Source: a bacterium (lineage in GTDB: Bacteria; SAR324; XYD2-FULL-50-16; G965216635). Taken from it: 64,000 bases of DNA. The stretch is from assembly GCA_965216635.1 (NCBI GenBank), contig OZ244188.1, positions 2,112,001 through 2,176,000 on the forward strand, written 5' to 3'. A model generated the notes under the pieces. The model was not told the origin of the DNA and did no database searches. It saw only the letters and a program-made list of their open reading frames with translations. A program made the position numbers and the translations under genes. Shown here piece by piece: positions 9,435-18,530 of this stretch (positions within the stretch are counted from its first letter, which is position 1; the number at the start of each line of letters is the position of its first letter).

Positions 9435-10181
9435 ATGAAAAGAAAAACCAATATAATGATGCTGCATCATGGTCGTTGCGGTAGCACTGTTGTTGGGAAT
9501 TTATTAGCACAAAATTCAAATATCCATTGGGCTTCCGAGCTCTACACGTCTAGGTTTGAAAAGTGGGAAAAAGCAGAACCGAAAAAACACGCACACTTAG
9601 AGAAAAAACCCATAATTGAAAAATCAATAGAGATCTTAAAAAATAGTATAAATACAGCCACAAAACCTTATTATGGAGTTGAAATAAAACCCATTCAATT
9701 TAGATTCATTGGGTATTCTGCTACAAATTTTTTAGCTCAAGCCCGCTTCCTGAATTTTACGCACTTCATTCTACTAAGAAGAAAAAATATTCTCCGTTTT
9801 CTTGTCTCTATAGAAGTAGCCACAAAACACAATTTTTGGTTCCAGCTAAAAAAAAAAACAGAACTGAAAAAGATCAATTTTTCAATTAAGAAATATAAAT
9901 ATCTATCTGAAAGTATTGAAGGAATTAAAACACCAATGCAAGAAGTAGACAGTCTTTTGAAAGGTAAAAATATTCTTAACTTAACCTACGAAAACGATAT
10001 TGAACAGGACCCTAAAAAAGCCTACCGTCGTATATGCAGATTTATTAATATAAAACCAACAAAGGTATCCGTTAACCTTAGTAAAACAAATCCATTTCCA
10101 CTCGCAGATATACTAGAAAATTTTGATGAGATCAGAGCTGCACTACACAACACACCTTATGAGTGGATGTTAGATAGTTAA
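9435..10181 (+). CDS. Sulfotransferase (Stf0-like)
   Basis: 5'-PSB-like GRCGST motif, LRRKNILRFLVS 3'-PB-like motif, LTYEND and ENFDE. Confidence 0.75.
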   Translation: MKRKTNIMMLHHGRCGSTVVGNLLAQNSNIHWASELYTSRFEKWEKAEPKKHAHLEKKPIIEKSIEILKNSINTATKPYYGVEIKPIQFRFIGYSATNFLAQARFLNFTHFILLRRKNILRFLVSIEVATKHNFWFQLKKKTELKKINFSIKKYKYLSESIEGIKTPMQEVDSLLKGKNILNLTYENDIEQDPKKAYRRICRFINIKPTKVSVNLSKTNPFPLADILENFDEIRAALHNTPYEWMLDS

Positions 10182-10182
10182 G

Positions 10183-10202
10183 TTACCCGCAATAGCGGGT
10201 AA
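10183..10202. terminator. Hairpin between convergent genes
   Basis: TTACCCGC-AATA-GCGGGTAA. Confidence 0.55.
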
Positions 10203-10209
10203 AATTCCA

Positions 10210-12021
10210 TCATTTAGAAATAACACAAACAGCACTATCAGCATTGAGATTGGGATCTTTCTTAATTTCTTTTTTGGATACACTATCCAAAAAAATACTC
10301 TTTTCAATTTTTATTTTTTTTTGTACACAAAATTCTTGAAAATCCAAGATAGAAGGAAATCTACTGTTTGGGGTGTTATGCCACTGATAACTATACCAAC
10401 CTTTGGATCTAGGGGCTCTACCCTGTTTATAAAGCATTTCCCGCAAAGGACGAAAAGCAAAATTCGGAAAAGAGACGATGGTCTTTTTTGAAATTCGCAA
10501 CATTTCTTGGATTAGGTATTCTACTTTTGTGATGCTTTGTAGGGTGTGGGATAAAATCACTAAATCAAACTGCTTCTCGTAAAAACTTGAAAGACCCTGA
10601 TTAAGATCGGAATGAATAACTTCTAATCCCCTCTTTAATGACTCTTTAACCAATTCAAACCGAAGTTCAATACCGATAGCTTTGAGATTTGCCTTGCCTG
10701 TTTTATGCAATAGTTGTAGCAGTTCGCCGTTTTGGCAACCTAAATCTAGGATCTTAGAATTTTTTGGAACCAGATCTGCAATGAATTGAAAATCCATCCT
10801 TTTATCAAAAAAAATACTAGTTTTCTGCTGTTTTTGATGCGGTCTGACATCGCCGGTAAAAACTATTTCTCCTGATAGTCTTTGCAAAAAAGCTTGAATG
10901 GGACCACCGTGATCTTCCAATTCGCTATCCAATAAAAAAGAGTCGTGTCCACAGTTGCTAGGAATATTGCAATAACTCACAGCTTTATCTAAAGCAAGGA
11001 GACTGGAGACAATCTCTTTGGCTTGAGCCGCTGGGAAAAGCCAATCGCTAGTATAGCTAATAACTAGCCATTTACATTGAGTCTTCCTTAAAGAATTTTT
11101 TAGTTTTTTTGGAGTATCCCCCAAATTAAAAGTATCCATAGCAAGAGATAGGCTAACGTAGCTATTAGCGTCAAACCTTTCTACAAACTTATCGCCTTGG
11201 TAGGCGAGGTAGGAGCCCACGGAGAATTTTTTTTCAAAGCTAGTAGAAATATCACGCGGTAAGAATTTGTCGTGAGCAAATTTTTCGTGCATAGACTCTT
11301 TAGAAAGATAGGTAATATGTCCTAACATTCTAGCGATAGCTAAACCAACAGCTGGTTTTTTTTCTTGGTTGTAATACTGTCCATCGGAGTAGTTTGGATC
11401 GCCAAAAATAGCATTTCTGCCGACTATATCAAAAGCCAGAGCTTGACTGCTGAGATAAGCAGAACTGGCTAAAACCACACAACCTTTTACCCTATCGGGA
11501 AATTGAACCGCCCATTGCATCGCCTGAAATCCACCTAAAGAGCCACCAATAACACACTGTAGCGAATATATTCCTAAAGCATCCAAAAGTTTTTTTTGAG
11601 CTTCCACCATATCTTCTACAGTAATGCGAGGAAACTCATTACCAAAAGGCTGCCCTGTAGCAGGATTTATGGAATGAGGTCCCGTAGTGCCTCTACAACT
11701 TCCAAGTATATTTGTGCAAAGCACATAGTATTGGTTAGTGTCTATATATTTTCCCGCACCTACAAGACTGTCCCACCAGCCGATAATATCTTTTTCGGAG
11801 TGTTTTGCCACATGGGAATCTCCACTGATAGCGTGACAAATAAGAACCACATTGCTTTTTTCTACGTTGAGTTTGCCGTAGTCTTCGTAGGCAACTTCAA
11901 TGTTATCCAATACTCCTCCTAGTTTTAGATGAAGTTTACCTTGCAGAGTAAAAACTTTTCTAAACTTAGAAATCAAATTTAACTGTTTAGAATCTGCGCT
12001 TTTAAAGAAAATTTTAGACAT
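10210..12021 (-). CDS. metX: Homoserine O-acetyltransferase fused to a MetW methyltransferase-like domain
   Basis: ICHAISGD, GGSLGG nucleophile elbow, GHDSFL; C-terminal LDLGCQNG, IVSFPNF and WHNTPN of MetW. Confidence 0.92.
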   Translation of the reverse strand: MSKIFFKSADSKQLNLISKFRKVFTLQGKLHLKLGGVLDNIEVAYEDYGKLNVEKSNVVLICHAISGDSHVAKHSEKDIIGWWDSLVGAGKYIDTNQYYVLCTNILGSCRGTTGPHSINPATGQPFGNEFPRITVEDMVEAQKKLLDALGIYSLQCVIGGSLGGFQAMQWAVQFPDRVKGCVVLASSAYLSSQALAFDIVGRNAIFGDPNYSDGQYYNQEKKPAVGLAIARMLGHITYLSKESMHEKFAHDKFLPRDISTSFEKKFSVGSYLAYQGDKFVERFDANSYVSLSLAMDTFNLGDTPKKLKNSLRKTQCKWLVISYTSDWLFPAAQAKEIVSSLLALDKAVSYCNIPSNCGHDSFLLDSELEDHGGPIQAFLQRLSGEIVFTGDVRPHQKQQKTSIFFDKRMDFQFIADLVPKNSKILDLGCQNGELLQLLHKTGKANLKAIGIELRFELVKESLKRGLEVIHSDLNQGLSSFYEKQFDLVILSHTLQSITKVEYLIQEMLRISKKTIVSFPNFAFRPLREMLYKQGRAPRSKGWYSYQWHNTPNSRFPSILDFQEFCVQKKIKIEKSIFLDSVSKKEIKKDPNLNADSAVCVISK

Positions 12022-12036
12022 TATTTCTATAGAAAT

Positions 12037-12104
12037 TAAACCTTTGAATTTGCCGAATAGGCTAAACAGCTAGTTTTGTCCTATTTGGCAAATTCAAAAG
12101 TCTA
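12037..12104. repeat. Short palindromic repeat element of the same family
   Basis: ACCTTTGAATTTGCCGAATAGG...CCTATTTGGCAAATTCAAAAGTCTA. Confidence 0.75.
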
Positions 12105-12334
12105 GAAAATTTTGTATTCCCTACTCTGATAAAACCGCAGAAGTAGGAAAAGTTCTTACCTTAATCAAATAAAGTTTTTTTTCCTAATAACCCATCTAAC
12201 ACTAAGAGAGATATTTTGAATTAGTGTTGTGCTTACCCCACTACTGGGGCTAGCCAAATGGCAAGAGTTAAAATTTTTTTTTAACAATTGTTTTGGATAA
12301 CCAGAACTCATAATTTCACTATTGGCAAAGGGCT

Positions 12335-13624
12335 CTAAGAAGCTTTCTTCAAAGCTTGATCTATATCAGCTATAATATCCTCTATATCTTCTATTCCCAC
12401 AGATACTCTAATAAATTCTGGAGATACTCCAGTTTGCTCTTGTTCTTCTGGAGTAAGCTGCGAGTGAGTTGTAGAAGATGGATGAATCACAAGAGTTTTG
12501 GCATCTCCAATATTTGCCAGATGGCTAATAAACTCCAAAGATTCAATGAATTTTACCGCAGAATCTTTACCTCCTTTAATACCAAAACCTATAATAGCTC
12601 CCTCTCCAGATTTTAAGTATTTTTGCACATTAGCATAATTCGGATGGGTCGCCAAACCCGGATAATTAACCCATTCTACTTGAGGAGCATTGTCTAAGAA
12701 TTTTGCTACTTGCAAAGCATTTTCAGAATGCCTTGCTAGTCTCAAATGCAGTGTTTCAACTCCTTGCAAAGTAGACCAAGCAGCAAAAGGACTCATACAA
12801 GCTCCAGTGTCTCGCAACCAGTGGGTGCGGATATGAAGAATATAGGCAATATTTCCAATGGGTCTCAACGCCTCTTCAAAAATAATCCCGTGATAAGCAG
12901 GGGCTGGAGCACAAAACTCGGGCCACTTATCAGAATTATCCGCCCATTTAAAATTACCACTATCTACAATCACTCCACCTACATGAACTCCATGTCCACC
13001 AATAAATTTAGTTGTAGAATATACTACTATATCCACTCCGTGTTTTATCGGTTGAAATAGATAAGGGGTAAGCACAGTATTATCACAGATAACAGGCAAA
13101 CCTAATTCGTGAGCAATATCACATAATTTTTGAAAATCAGGAACATCGTTTTTAGGATTTCCTACAGATTCAAAAAACACACAACGGGTGTTTTCATCTA
13201 CCAAATCTTTGATTTTTTCTGGTTCTTGCGAATCAAAAAAACGAACCTCTATTCCTAATTGCGAAAAAGTTTGTGTAAAGAGAGTCCAAGTGCCTCCATA
13301 TAAACTTTTTGCAGAAACAAAGTTTTGTCCGCTATGGGTAATAGTCAAGATGGCAGCCGTTTCCGCAGCTTGCCCTGAAGCAAACGATAATGCTGCAGCT
13401 CCTTCATCCAAAGCAGCAATCCGTTTTTCCAAAACATCATTGGTCGGATTCATCAGCCGAGAATAAATATTCCCAAACTCTTTTAAAGCAAAGAGATTTG
13501 CTGCGTGCTCTGTATCGTTAAAAACATACGAAGCTGTCGGATAGATAGGAACTCCTCTGGAATTCGTAGCGTCTATTTCTTGTCCCGCATGCAACGCCTT
13601 AGTGGCTAGTTTTTGTTCAATCAT
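12335..13624 (-). CDS. metY: O-acetylhomoserine sulfhydrylase (aminocarboxypropyltransferase)
   Basis: IYSRLMNPT, STTKFIGGHG PLP lysine, HLANIGDAKTLVIHPSSTTHSQL; next to metX. Confidence 0.95.
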   Translation of the reverse strand: MIEQKLATKALHAGQEIDATNSRGVPIYPTASYVFNDTEHAANLFALKEFGNIYSRLMNPTNDVLEKRIAALDEGAAALSFASGQAAETAAILTITHSGQNFVSAKSLYGGTWTLFTQTFSQLGIEVRFFDSQEPEKIKDLVDENTRCVFFESVGNPKNDVPDFQKLCDIAHELGLPVICDNTVLTPYLFQPIKHGVDIVVYSTTKFIGGHGVHVGGVIVDSGNFKWADNSDKWPEFCAPAPAYHGIIFEEALRPIGNIAYILHIRTHWLRDTGACMSPFAAWSTLQGVETLHLRLARHSENALQVAKFLDNAPQVEWVNYPGLATHPNYANVQKYLKSGEGAIIGFGIKGGKDSAVKFIESLEFISHLANIGDAKTLVIHPSSTTHSQLTPEEQEQTGVSPEFIRVSVGIEDIEDIIADIDQALKKAS

Positions 13625-13700
13625 TTTTTGTTTTTAAGTTAAGGGTAAAAAACTTGAATTAAACCAACTCAAGTTTTAAGCAAAATAAGTTTATTTTGGC

Positions 13701-13739
13701 AAAAAAAAAACCCCCAGAAAATAAATTCTGGGGGTTTTT
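13701..13739 (-). terminator. Intrinsic terminator (attenuator) in the metY leader
   Basis: Minus strand AAAAACCCCCAGAA-TTTATT-TTCTGGGGG followed by T10, ~77 bp upstream of the metY ATG. Confidence 0.9.
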
Positions 13740-13773
13740 AATGAGCCATATTAAACTAATAAGTAGAGAAAAT

Positions 13774-13893
13774 TCAATACAGACGCAAAAATACTTTGCC
13801 CCAGAAATAATCAGGATGCATATACATCATTTGGCACATTGCCATGCACATCATAGGGGAACAAACCATTTTTTGTAGTTGTGTTTTTCTCAT
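13774..13893 (-). CDS. Met/Cys-rich leader peptide (39 aa), putative attenuator of metY-metX
   Basis: Manual translation: MRKTQLQKMVCSPMMCMAMCQMMYMHPDYFWGKVFLRLY*, with 9 Met and 3 Cys. It contains TTCTGGGG (13799-13806), complementary to the terminator 5' arm. Confidence 0.85.
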   Translation of the reverse strand: MRKTQLQKMVCSPMMCMAMCQMMYMHPDYFWGKVFLRLY

Positions 13894-13923
13894 TTTTTTT
13901 GAATTCATAAGAATTAGTCTTTA

Positions 13924-13952
13924 AAGATAATTATTTTTATCTAAAAAGTCAA
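13924..13952 (-). promoter_or_regulatory. Putative sigma70 promoter of the met leader
   Basis: TTGACT (13952-13947)-17 nt-TATCTT (13929-13924). Confidence 0.65.
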
Positions 13953-13970
13953 GTTTTTTTCAAAAAATAT

Positions 13971-14054
13971 TTTTTTTACAAAATTTTTAAATATTTTTAC
14001 CTTACTTTAAAAGTCTCTCAATGGCAACGACTACCGCTATCCAACCTAAATTTT
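13971..14054 (-). repeat. Degenerate duplicate of the holB 3' end
   Basis: Gapless match to 14771-14854 (69/84 identical, offset 800 bp); translates NLGWIAVVVAIERLLK*GKNI* versus HolB NLGWTSVVVAIKRLLKQGESI*. Confidence 0.85.
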
Positions 14055-14064
14055 GGTAGTCTTT

Positions 14065-14145
14065 CTAGTCATTTTTTTTACTCCCTATAGGTAGATAATG
14101 ACTTTCTGCAATAATTAAAAATTTTGTTTTTTTATAGTTATTCAT
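14065..14145 (-). pseudogene. 26-codon gene remnant (MNNYKKTKFLIIAESHYLPIGSKKND*)
   Basis: Starts 7 bp after the socA-like stop. LIIAESHY resembles the LxxGESHY N-terminal motif of UDG-like proteins (recalled, not searched). Confidence 0.35.
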
Positions 14146-14152
14146 AAAAAAT

Positions 14153-14641
14153 TTATTGCAATGCCTCTCTAATTTTATCTTGATTTAAATTACTTATAAA
14201 AATATCGTAGTATTCTTTTATCACACTTTTATCTATGGGGTTTTTTCCAGAACCATTATAAGAATAAGACCACGGAGTTTTTGGCTGATGGGTTAACTCC
14301 ACCATTTCTAAACCTTCTTTACTTTCATAAATATCTTTCACTAATTTTAAGATTTTTATAGTACCCTCACTACTATCCTTTTCAATATTTATCCCTTTAT
14401 TTGATGGGTCTTCTATATTCTCAGATTTATGACTTTTAAAATGATGGTATAAAACAGGAATCACAGGTCCATATTGCCACGCTTGTATCTCTTCATCAAA
14501 CAAAGGTATATTCTGTTTTGATATAGAAAACCCGAAAGCAATATAAACTAATTTGTTTAATTTTAAATTATCTACACGGGATTTTTTTCCAATATTTCTA
14601 ATGAAATAATCTGCTACACTAAATACATTTTGTTTTTCCAT
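14153..14641 (-). CDS. Panacea-domain (SocA/GepA/DUF4065) antitoxin-like protein
   Basis: VADYFI, LKLNKLVYIA, LFDEEIQAWQYGPVIPVLY and ELTHQPKTPW motifs. Confidence 0.88.
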   Translation of the reverse strand: MEKQNVFSVADYFIRNIGKKSRVDNLKLNKLVYIAFGFSISKQNIPLFDEEIQAWQYGPVIPVLYHHFKSHKSENIEDPSNKGINIEKDSSEGTIKILKLVKDIYESKEGLEMVELTHQPKTPWSYSYNGSGKNPIDKSVIKEYYDIFISNLNQDKIREALQ

Positions 14642-14786
14642 TTTGTAAGCTGTTTATAAGTAAGTTTTAAGTCTCAACACATTTTTAGATATTGTCAAGC
14701 CATTCCATCGGTTTGTCAAAGAGAAAATAGATTTTTTTGATGTTTTTGGATATTTAAGTATATCGTTCCCTTTTTTTATAAAATTT

Positions 14787-15932
14787 TTAAATACTTTCAC
14801 CCTGCTTCAAAAGTCTTTTAATAGCAACAACTACTGAAGTCCAACCTAGATTTTTATTGGCAAAATTCTGTAAATTCTTTTCTGTCAACACCAAACTATC
14901 AAAAAAATCTGAAATTCGTGTCAAATCATAATGTTTTAAAGCCATTTGAGTTTGTTTTTTTAAATCTTCACAGTAAAGAAGTTGATGGGGAGATTGGGCT
15001 TCTGTATTACTGGCTGTATTACTGTTTGTATTATTGGCTGTATTACTGTTTGTATTACTGGCTGTATTACTGTTTGTATTACTGGCTGTATTACTGTTTG
15101 TATTATTGGCTATATTATTGGGAGCTTCCCCGTGGTGAGGTTTATGGAATGCTAAAATTTTTAAATCATAAAAAAAAGCAGCTACAAAATTCAAAGCTGC
15201 AAAAAACATATATGGATCTTTTGCCCAATTTTGAGATTCATTTAAAAGTGCTGTTGTCCGCTCACCGCTAGAGCGAAAATTTAATTTACTCAAACTTTCC
15301 CATAATTGTTTGCGGAGCAAGGCAATTTTTTCATAATTATCTAGCCAATCTTTTTTAAGTCCTTCTCTATGAAAAGGTAACATCCACACGAAGTCTTCTT
15401 GTGTTATTTTTTTAGCGAGCAGCTCTTTTAGTTCTTTATGAGAAAACTCAGAAAAATAAATTTTATGACACCGAGATTGTATAGTTTGTAAAACCATTTT
15501 CTTACTGGTCGTGGTTAGAACAAAATAATTATCTGTGGGAGGTTCTTCCAATATTTTTAAAAAAGCATTCCCCGATTCCAAATTCATTTTTTCTACATTC
15601 TTAATTAAAATAAGTCTTTTTTTAGAAACAGAAGGGAAAAGCGAAATTTTGGTTTTTAATTCTTGAATTTGTCCTAGCTGGATAAAATTATTTTTAGCTT
15701 TAATAACTAAAAAATCGGGATGCAGTTGCTCCGCAAAAAGTTGACACGACGGACAGTCTTGGCAGGCTTTTTCTTGTTCGCAAAGTATAGCCTTAGCAAG
15801 ACTTGCCGCTAAAAAACTTTTACCTCGTCCAGAAGGTCCTACAAAAAGATAGGACGCAGATAAGCGTTTTTTTTCTATAGTTTGCTTTAGAAAACAACAT
15901 ATTTGCTTTAAACCTATAACTTGAGAAAACAT
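14787..15932 (-). CDS. holB: DNA polymerase III subunit delta'
   Basis: YLFVGPSGRGKS, C-x5-C-x2-C-x2-C zinc cluster, HPDF, NAFLKILEEPP and TIQSRC. Confidence 0.92.
   Translation of the reverse strand: MFSQVIGLKQICCFLKQTIEKKRLSASYLFVGPSGRGKSFLAASLAKAILCEQEKACQDCPSCQLFAEQLHPDFLVIKAKNNFIQLGQIQELKTKISLFPSVSKKRLILIKNVEKMNLESGNAFLKILEEPPTDNYFVLTTTSKKMVLQTIQSRCHKIYFSEFSHKELKELLAKKITQEDFVWMLPFHREGLKKDWLDNYEKIALLRKQLWESLSKLNFRSSGERTTALLNESQNWAKDPYMFFAALNFVAAFFYDLKILAFHKPHHGEAPNNIANNTNSNTASNTNSNTASNTNSNTANNTNSNTASNTEAQSPHQLLYCEDLKKQTQMALKHYDLTRISDFFDSLVLTEKNLQNFANKNLGWTSVVVAIKRLLKQGESI
15003..15119 (-). repeat. In-frame 12/24-bp tandem repeat (NTNSNTAS) in holB
   Basis: NNIANNTNSNTASNTNSNTASNTNSNTANNTNSNTASNT in the translation. 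Confidence 0.9.
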
Positions 15933-15970
15933 ACCCTCTTAACAAAATGAAATCGTTAAATTAGACATTC

Positions 15971-16330
15971 CTAAAAACATAAAACAGCAACCCAAACTAA
16001 CCCCGCAATACAAAGAGAAAGAAAAACAGCCGCAGAACCATAATCCTTTGCTTTAGCCACAAATTCGTGTTGCTTAGGATAGGTCAAATCAAGCACTCTT
16101 TCTAAAGCAGAATTGAAAAATTCTACTATTAAAATAAAGAGCAGGGGTATTTCCAAAAAAATAAATTCTTTTATAGAATTGGCAAGATAAAAAGCCACTG
16201 GAGTAAGGATAATCAGTAAAAACACCTCTTGACGAAAAGCAGGTTCGCTCGTGAAAGCCGACCTGAATCCTTGCATAGAATAAAAAAAAGCTTTTATTAT
16301 TCTTTTCATGCCACTATATTTTTTGTGCAC
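15971..16330 (-). CDS. dgkA: Diacylglycerol kinase
   Basis: EPAFRQE, VEFFNSALERVLD and AKDYGSAAV. Confidence 0.93.
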   Translation of the reverse strand: MHKKYSGMKRIIKAFFYSMQGFRSAFTSEPAFRQEVFLLIILTPVAFYLANSIKEFIFLEIPLLFILIVEFFNSALERVLDLTYPKQHEFVAKAKDYGSAAVFLSLCIAGLVWVAVLCF

Positions 16331-16420
16331 CTTGTATTTGAGTTTAATTTACAACTTAGCAACCACCAGCGGTGTAGCTATGAAACCTTTTTCAGCAGGG
16401 TCTGTTTCGGGATTTCTCCA

Positions 16421-17521
16421 TTAGCTTTGTTTTATTCCGTTTTTTTTGGCAAATTCAAACGCCTGTCTTACCTCTTGCAAATGGCTATTAGCTACTATCA
16501 AAATAGCACCATTTTTTTCTACTATGCTAATATTTTCTAATCCTATAAGGGCATAAAAATTTTTTTCTGCTTGAAGAAAAGTATTTTTATTTTCTAAAGA
16601 AAAACAATTTCCTTGAAATCTGTTTCCAGACTTATCGGCTTTTTTAAGCATAGCAATAGAGTGCCAACTGCCTACATCGTTCCAATCAAACCTTGATTGA
16701 ATAGTATAGACAGGTCGGTATTTTTCCATAATCGCATAGTCAAAGGAAATAGCATCCAATCTATTAAAAGAATTTTCCTCTAACAATAAGGCATTAGCTT
16801 TTCTACCTGAAGTTTTTATTTTTTGCTTTGTTTTTTTTACGCAGTACAAAGAATTTTGCCACATTTTTGGCTGAAATTTTTGAAAAGCAAAAAAAACAGA
16901 ATCTAGACTAAAGCAAAAAATACCAGAATTCCAGAAATACTTTTTAGATTTTAGATATTTTTTTGCTGTTTTTAAATCTGGTTTTTCCACAAATTTTTCT
17001 ACTTCTTGTGTTTTTTTAGAAATTTTTTGCTCTCGTGCACAAATGTAACCGTAACCTGTTTCTGGATAGTTTGGTTTAATACCAAAAGTTAAAATCCCTT
17101 GTTTTTCGGCTTGCGAAGCTGCCAAAATTACATCTTCAGCAAATGCTTTATTGTTTTCAATAAGGTGATCTGCTGGTAGAACCAACATAATAGCGTCTTT
17201 TCCAAAATGCTCTTTTACCCAATGAGCCGCCATCAAAACCGCTGGAGCTGTGTTTTTTGATACGGGCTCTAAAAGAAAGCTATTTTTAAGTTTTTTTTGG
17301 CTGGTTATTTTTCTTAGGGTTTTTTTATGGAGTGAATAGTATTTTTGGTTGGTTACAATCAAGGTTGCCTGCAGAGGTAAAAAACTCAATCTATGTAAAG
17401 TTTTTTCTAGTAAATTTTTCTCTCCAAATAAAGGCAAAAAAGGCTTTGGTAAAGAATCCGTAGATAAGGGCCAGAGCCTAGAACCACTGCCACCGGATAA
17501 GACTACAGCGACTAATTTCAT
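16421..17521 (-). CDS. manC: Mannose-1-phosphate guanylyltransferase (no cupin domain)
   Basis: LSGGSGSRLWPLS, PADHLI, ETGYGYI, FVEKPD and WNDVGSW. Confidence 0.9.
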   Translation of the reverse strand: MKLVAVVLSGGSGSRLWPLSTDSLPKPFLPLFGEKNLLEKTLHRLSFLPLQATLIVTNQKYYSLHKKTLRKITSQKKLKNSFLLEPVSKNTAPAVLMAAHWVKEHFGKDAIMLVLPADHLIENNKAFAEDVILAASQAEKQGILTFGIKPNYPETGYGYICAREQKISKKTQEVEKFVEKPDLKTAKKYLKSKKYFWNSGIFCFSLDSVFFAFQKFQPKMWQNSLYCVKKTKQKIKTSGRKANALLLEENSFNRLDAISFDYAIMEKYRPVYTIQSRFDWNDVGSWHSIAMLKKADKSGNRFQGNCFSLENKNTFLQAEKNFYALIGLENISIVEKNGAILIVANSHLQEVRQAFEFAKKNGIKQS

Positions 17522-17522
17522 T

Positions 17523-18530
17523 CTATTCTATAATTTCTTGTTTTCTTAAATCTGCTTCTTTTTTATTAAAAACCAAAAAACAAACCACAATACTAAAAAA
17601 ATAAAGTAGTATTAAAGGCACCGCCATTAAAAGCATAGTAAATGGATCTGGTGGAGTCAAAACAGCAGCGCAAATAAAAATAAAAATAATAGCGTATTTT
17701 AAATTTTTTAGCATAAATTTTGGAGTAAGCAAACCCATCCGAGACAAAAACAAAACAATTAAAGGAAATTCAAAAACAAGTCCAAAAGCAAAAAGTAACT
17801 TTACCGCAAAAGAGACATACTGTCCAATAGATAGAAAAGGTACAATTTCACCTGGTTGGGTAAGACTAAGAAAAAATTCAAAACCGAAGGGAAAAACTAC
17901 AAAATAACCAAAACTAGCTCCTCCAATAAAAAATAAAAAGGTAGCAGGAACGAACGCCCAAAATACTTTTCTTTCTTTTTTGTAAAGCCCCGGCAAAACA
18001 AAAGCCCAAATTTCTATAATCCAATAGGGAAAGGAAAAAAACAGAGCCAAAAAAAAAGAAATTTTTAACTCGGCAAAAAACACTTCGGGGAGTCCAATAA
18101 AAACAAGCGGGGTTTTCGTTTCTGCTACTTTGGTGGAAGGAACACAGCTACAATCTAATTTTATAGTTTCTTTTTTTTTAGTATTTTTTTGCTCCTCTAT
18201 AGGACTGCAATGGCAATTCAAATCTCCTGATAAATTATCTTTGCTTAAATTATCTTTGCTTAAGGTTTGTTTGGGGGGAGAAATAGATTCCTCTTGTAAT
18301 TGAGAGTATTTAGCCAATGGCTGCTCTACTGGAAATTTTAAAATTTTCAGCAAATCATCTCGAAAAAAATAACAGGCAAAAAACACAAGGATAGTCACAA
18401 TAAAAGAACGCAATAACCTTGTTCTCAATTCTTTGAGATGACCTAGGAGAGGCAATGTTTTTTCTGGAGTTTTCTTTTCTGGGGTTTTCTTTTCTGGAAT
18501 TTTCTTTTTTGGGATTTTCTTTTCTTTCAT
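17523..18530 (-). CDS. tatC: Twin-arginine translocase subunit C
   Basis: HLKELRTRL, WAFVLPGLYKKER, FEFP and LTPPDPFTM. Confidence 0.95.
   Translation of the reverse strand: MKEKKIPKKKIPEKKTPEKKTPEKTLPLLGHLKELRTRLLRSFIVTILVFFACYFFRDDLLKILKFPVEQPLAKYSQLQEESISPPKQTLSKDNLSKDNLSGDLNCHCSPIEEQKNTKKKETIKLDCSCVPSTKVAETKTPLVFIGLPEVFFAELKISFFLALFFSFPYWIIEIWAFVLPGLYKKERKVFWAFVPATFLFFIGGASFGYFVVFPFGFEFFLSLTQPGEIVPFLSIGQYVSFAVKLLFAFGLVFEFPLIVLFLSRMGLLTPKFMLKNLKYAIIFIFICAAVLTPPDPFTMLLMAVPLILLYFFSIVVCFLVFNKKEADLRKQEIIE

Noticed and set aside
10210..12021. MetX-MetW fusion as a novelty
   Set aside because: metX and metW are commonly adjacent or fused; not unusual.
13625..13952. SAM riboswitch or T-box upstream of metY
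   Set aside because: No recognisable SAM-I or T-box consensus by eye; the leader-peptide model explains the region better. An Rfam scan would settle it.
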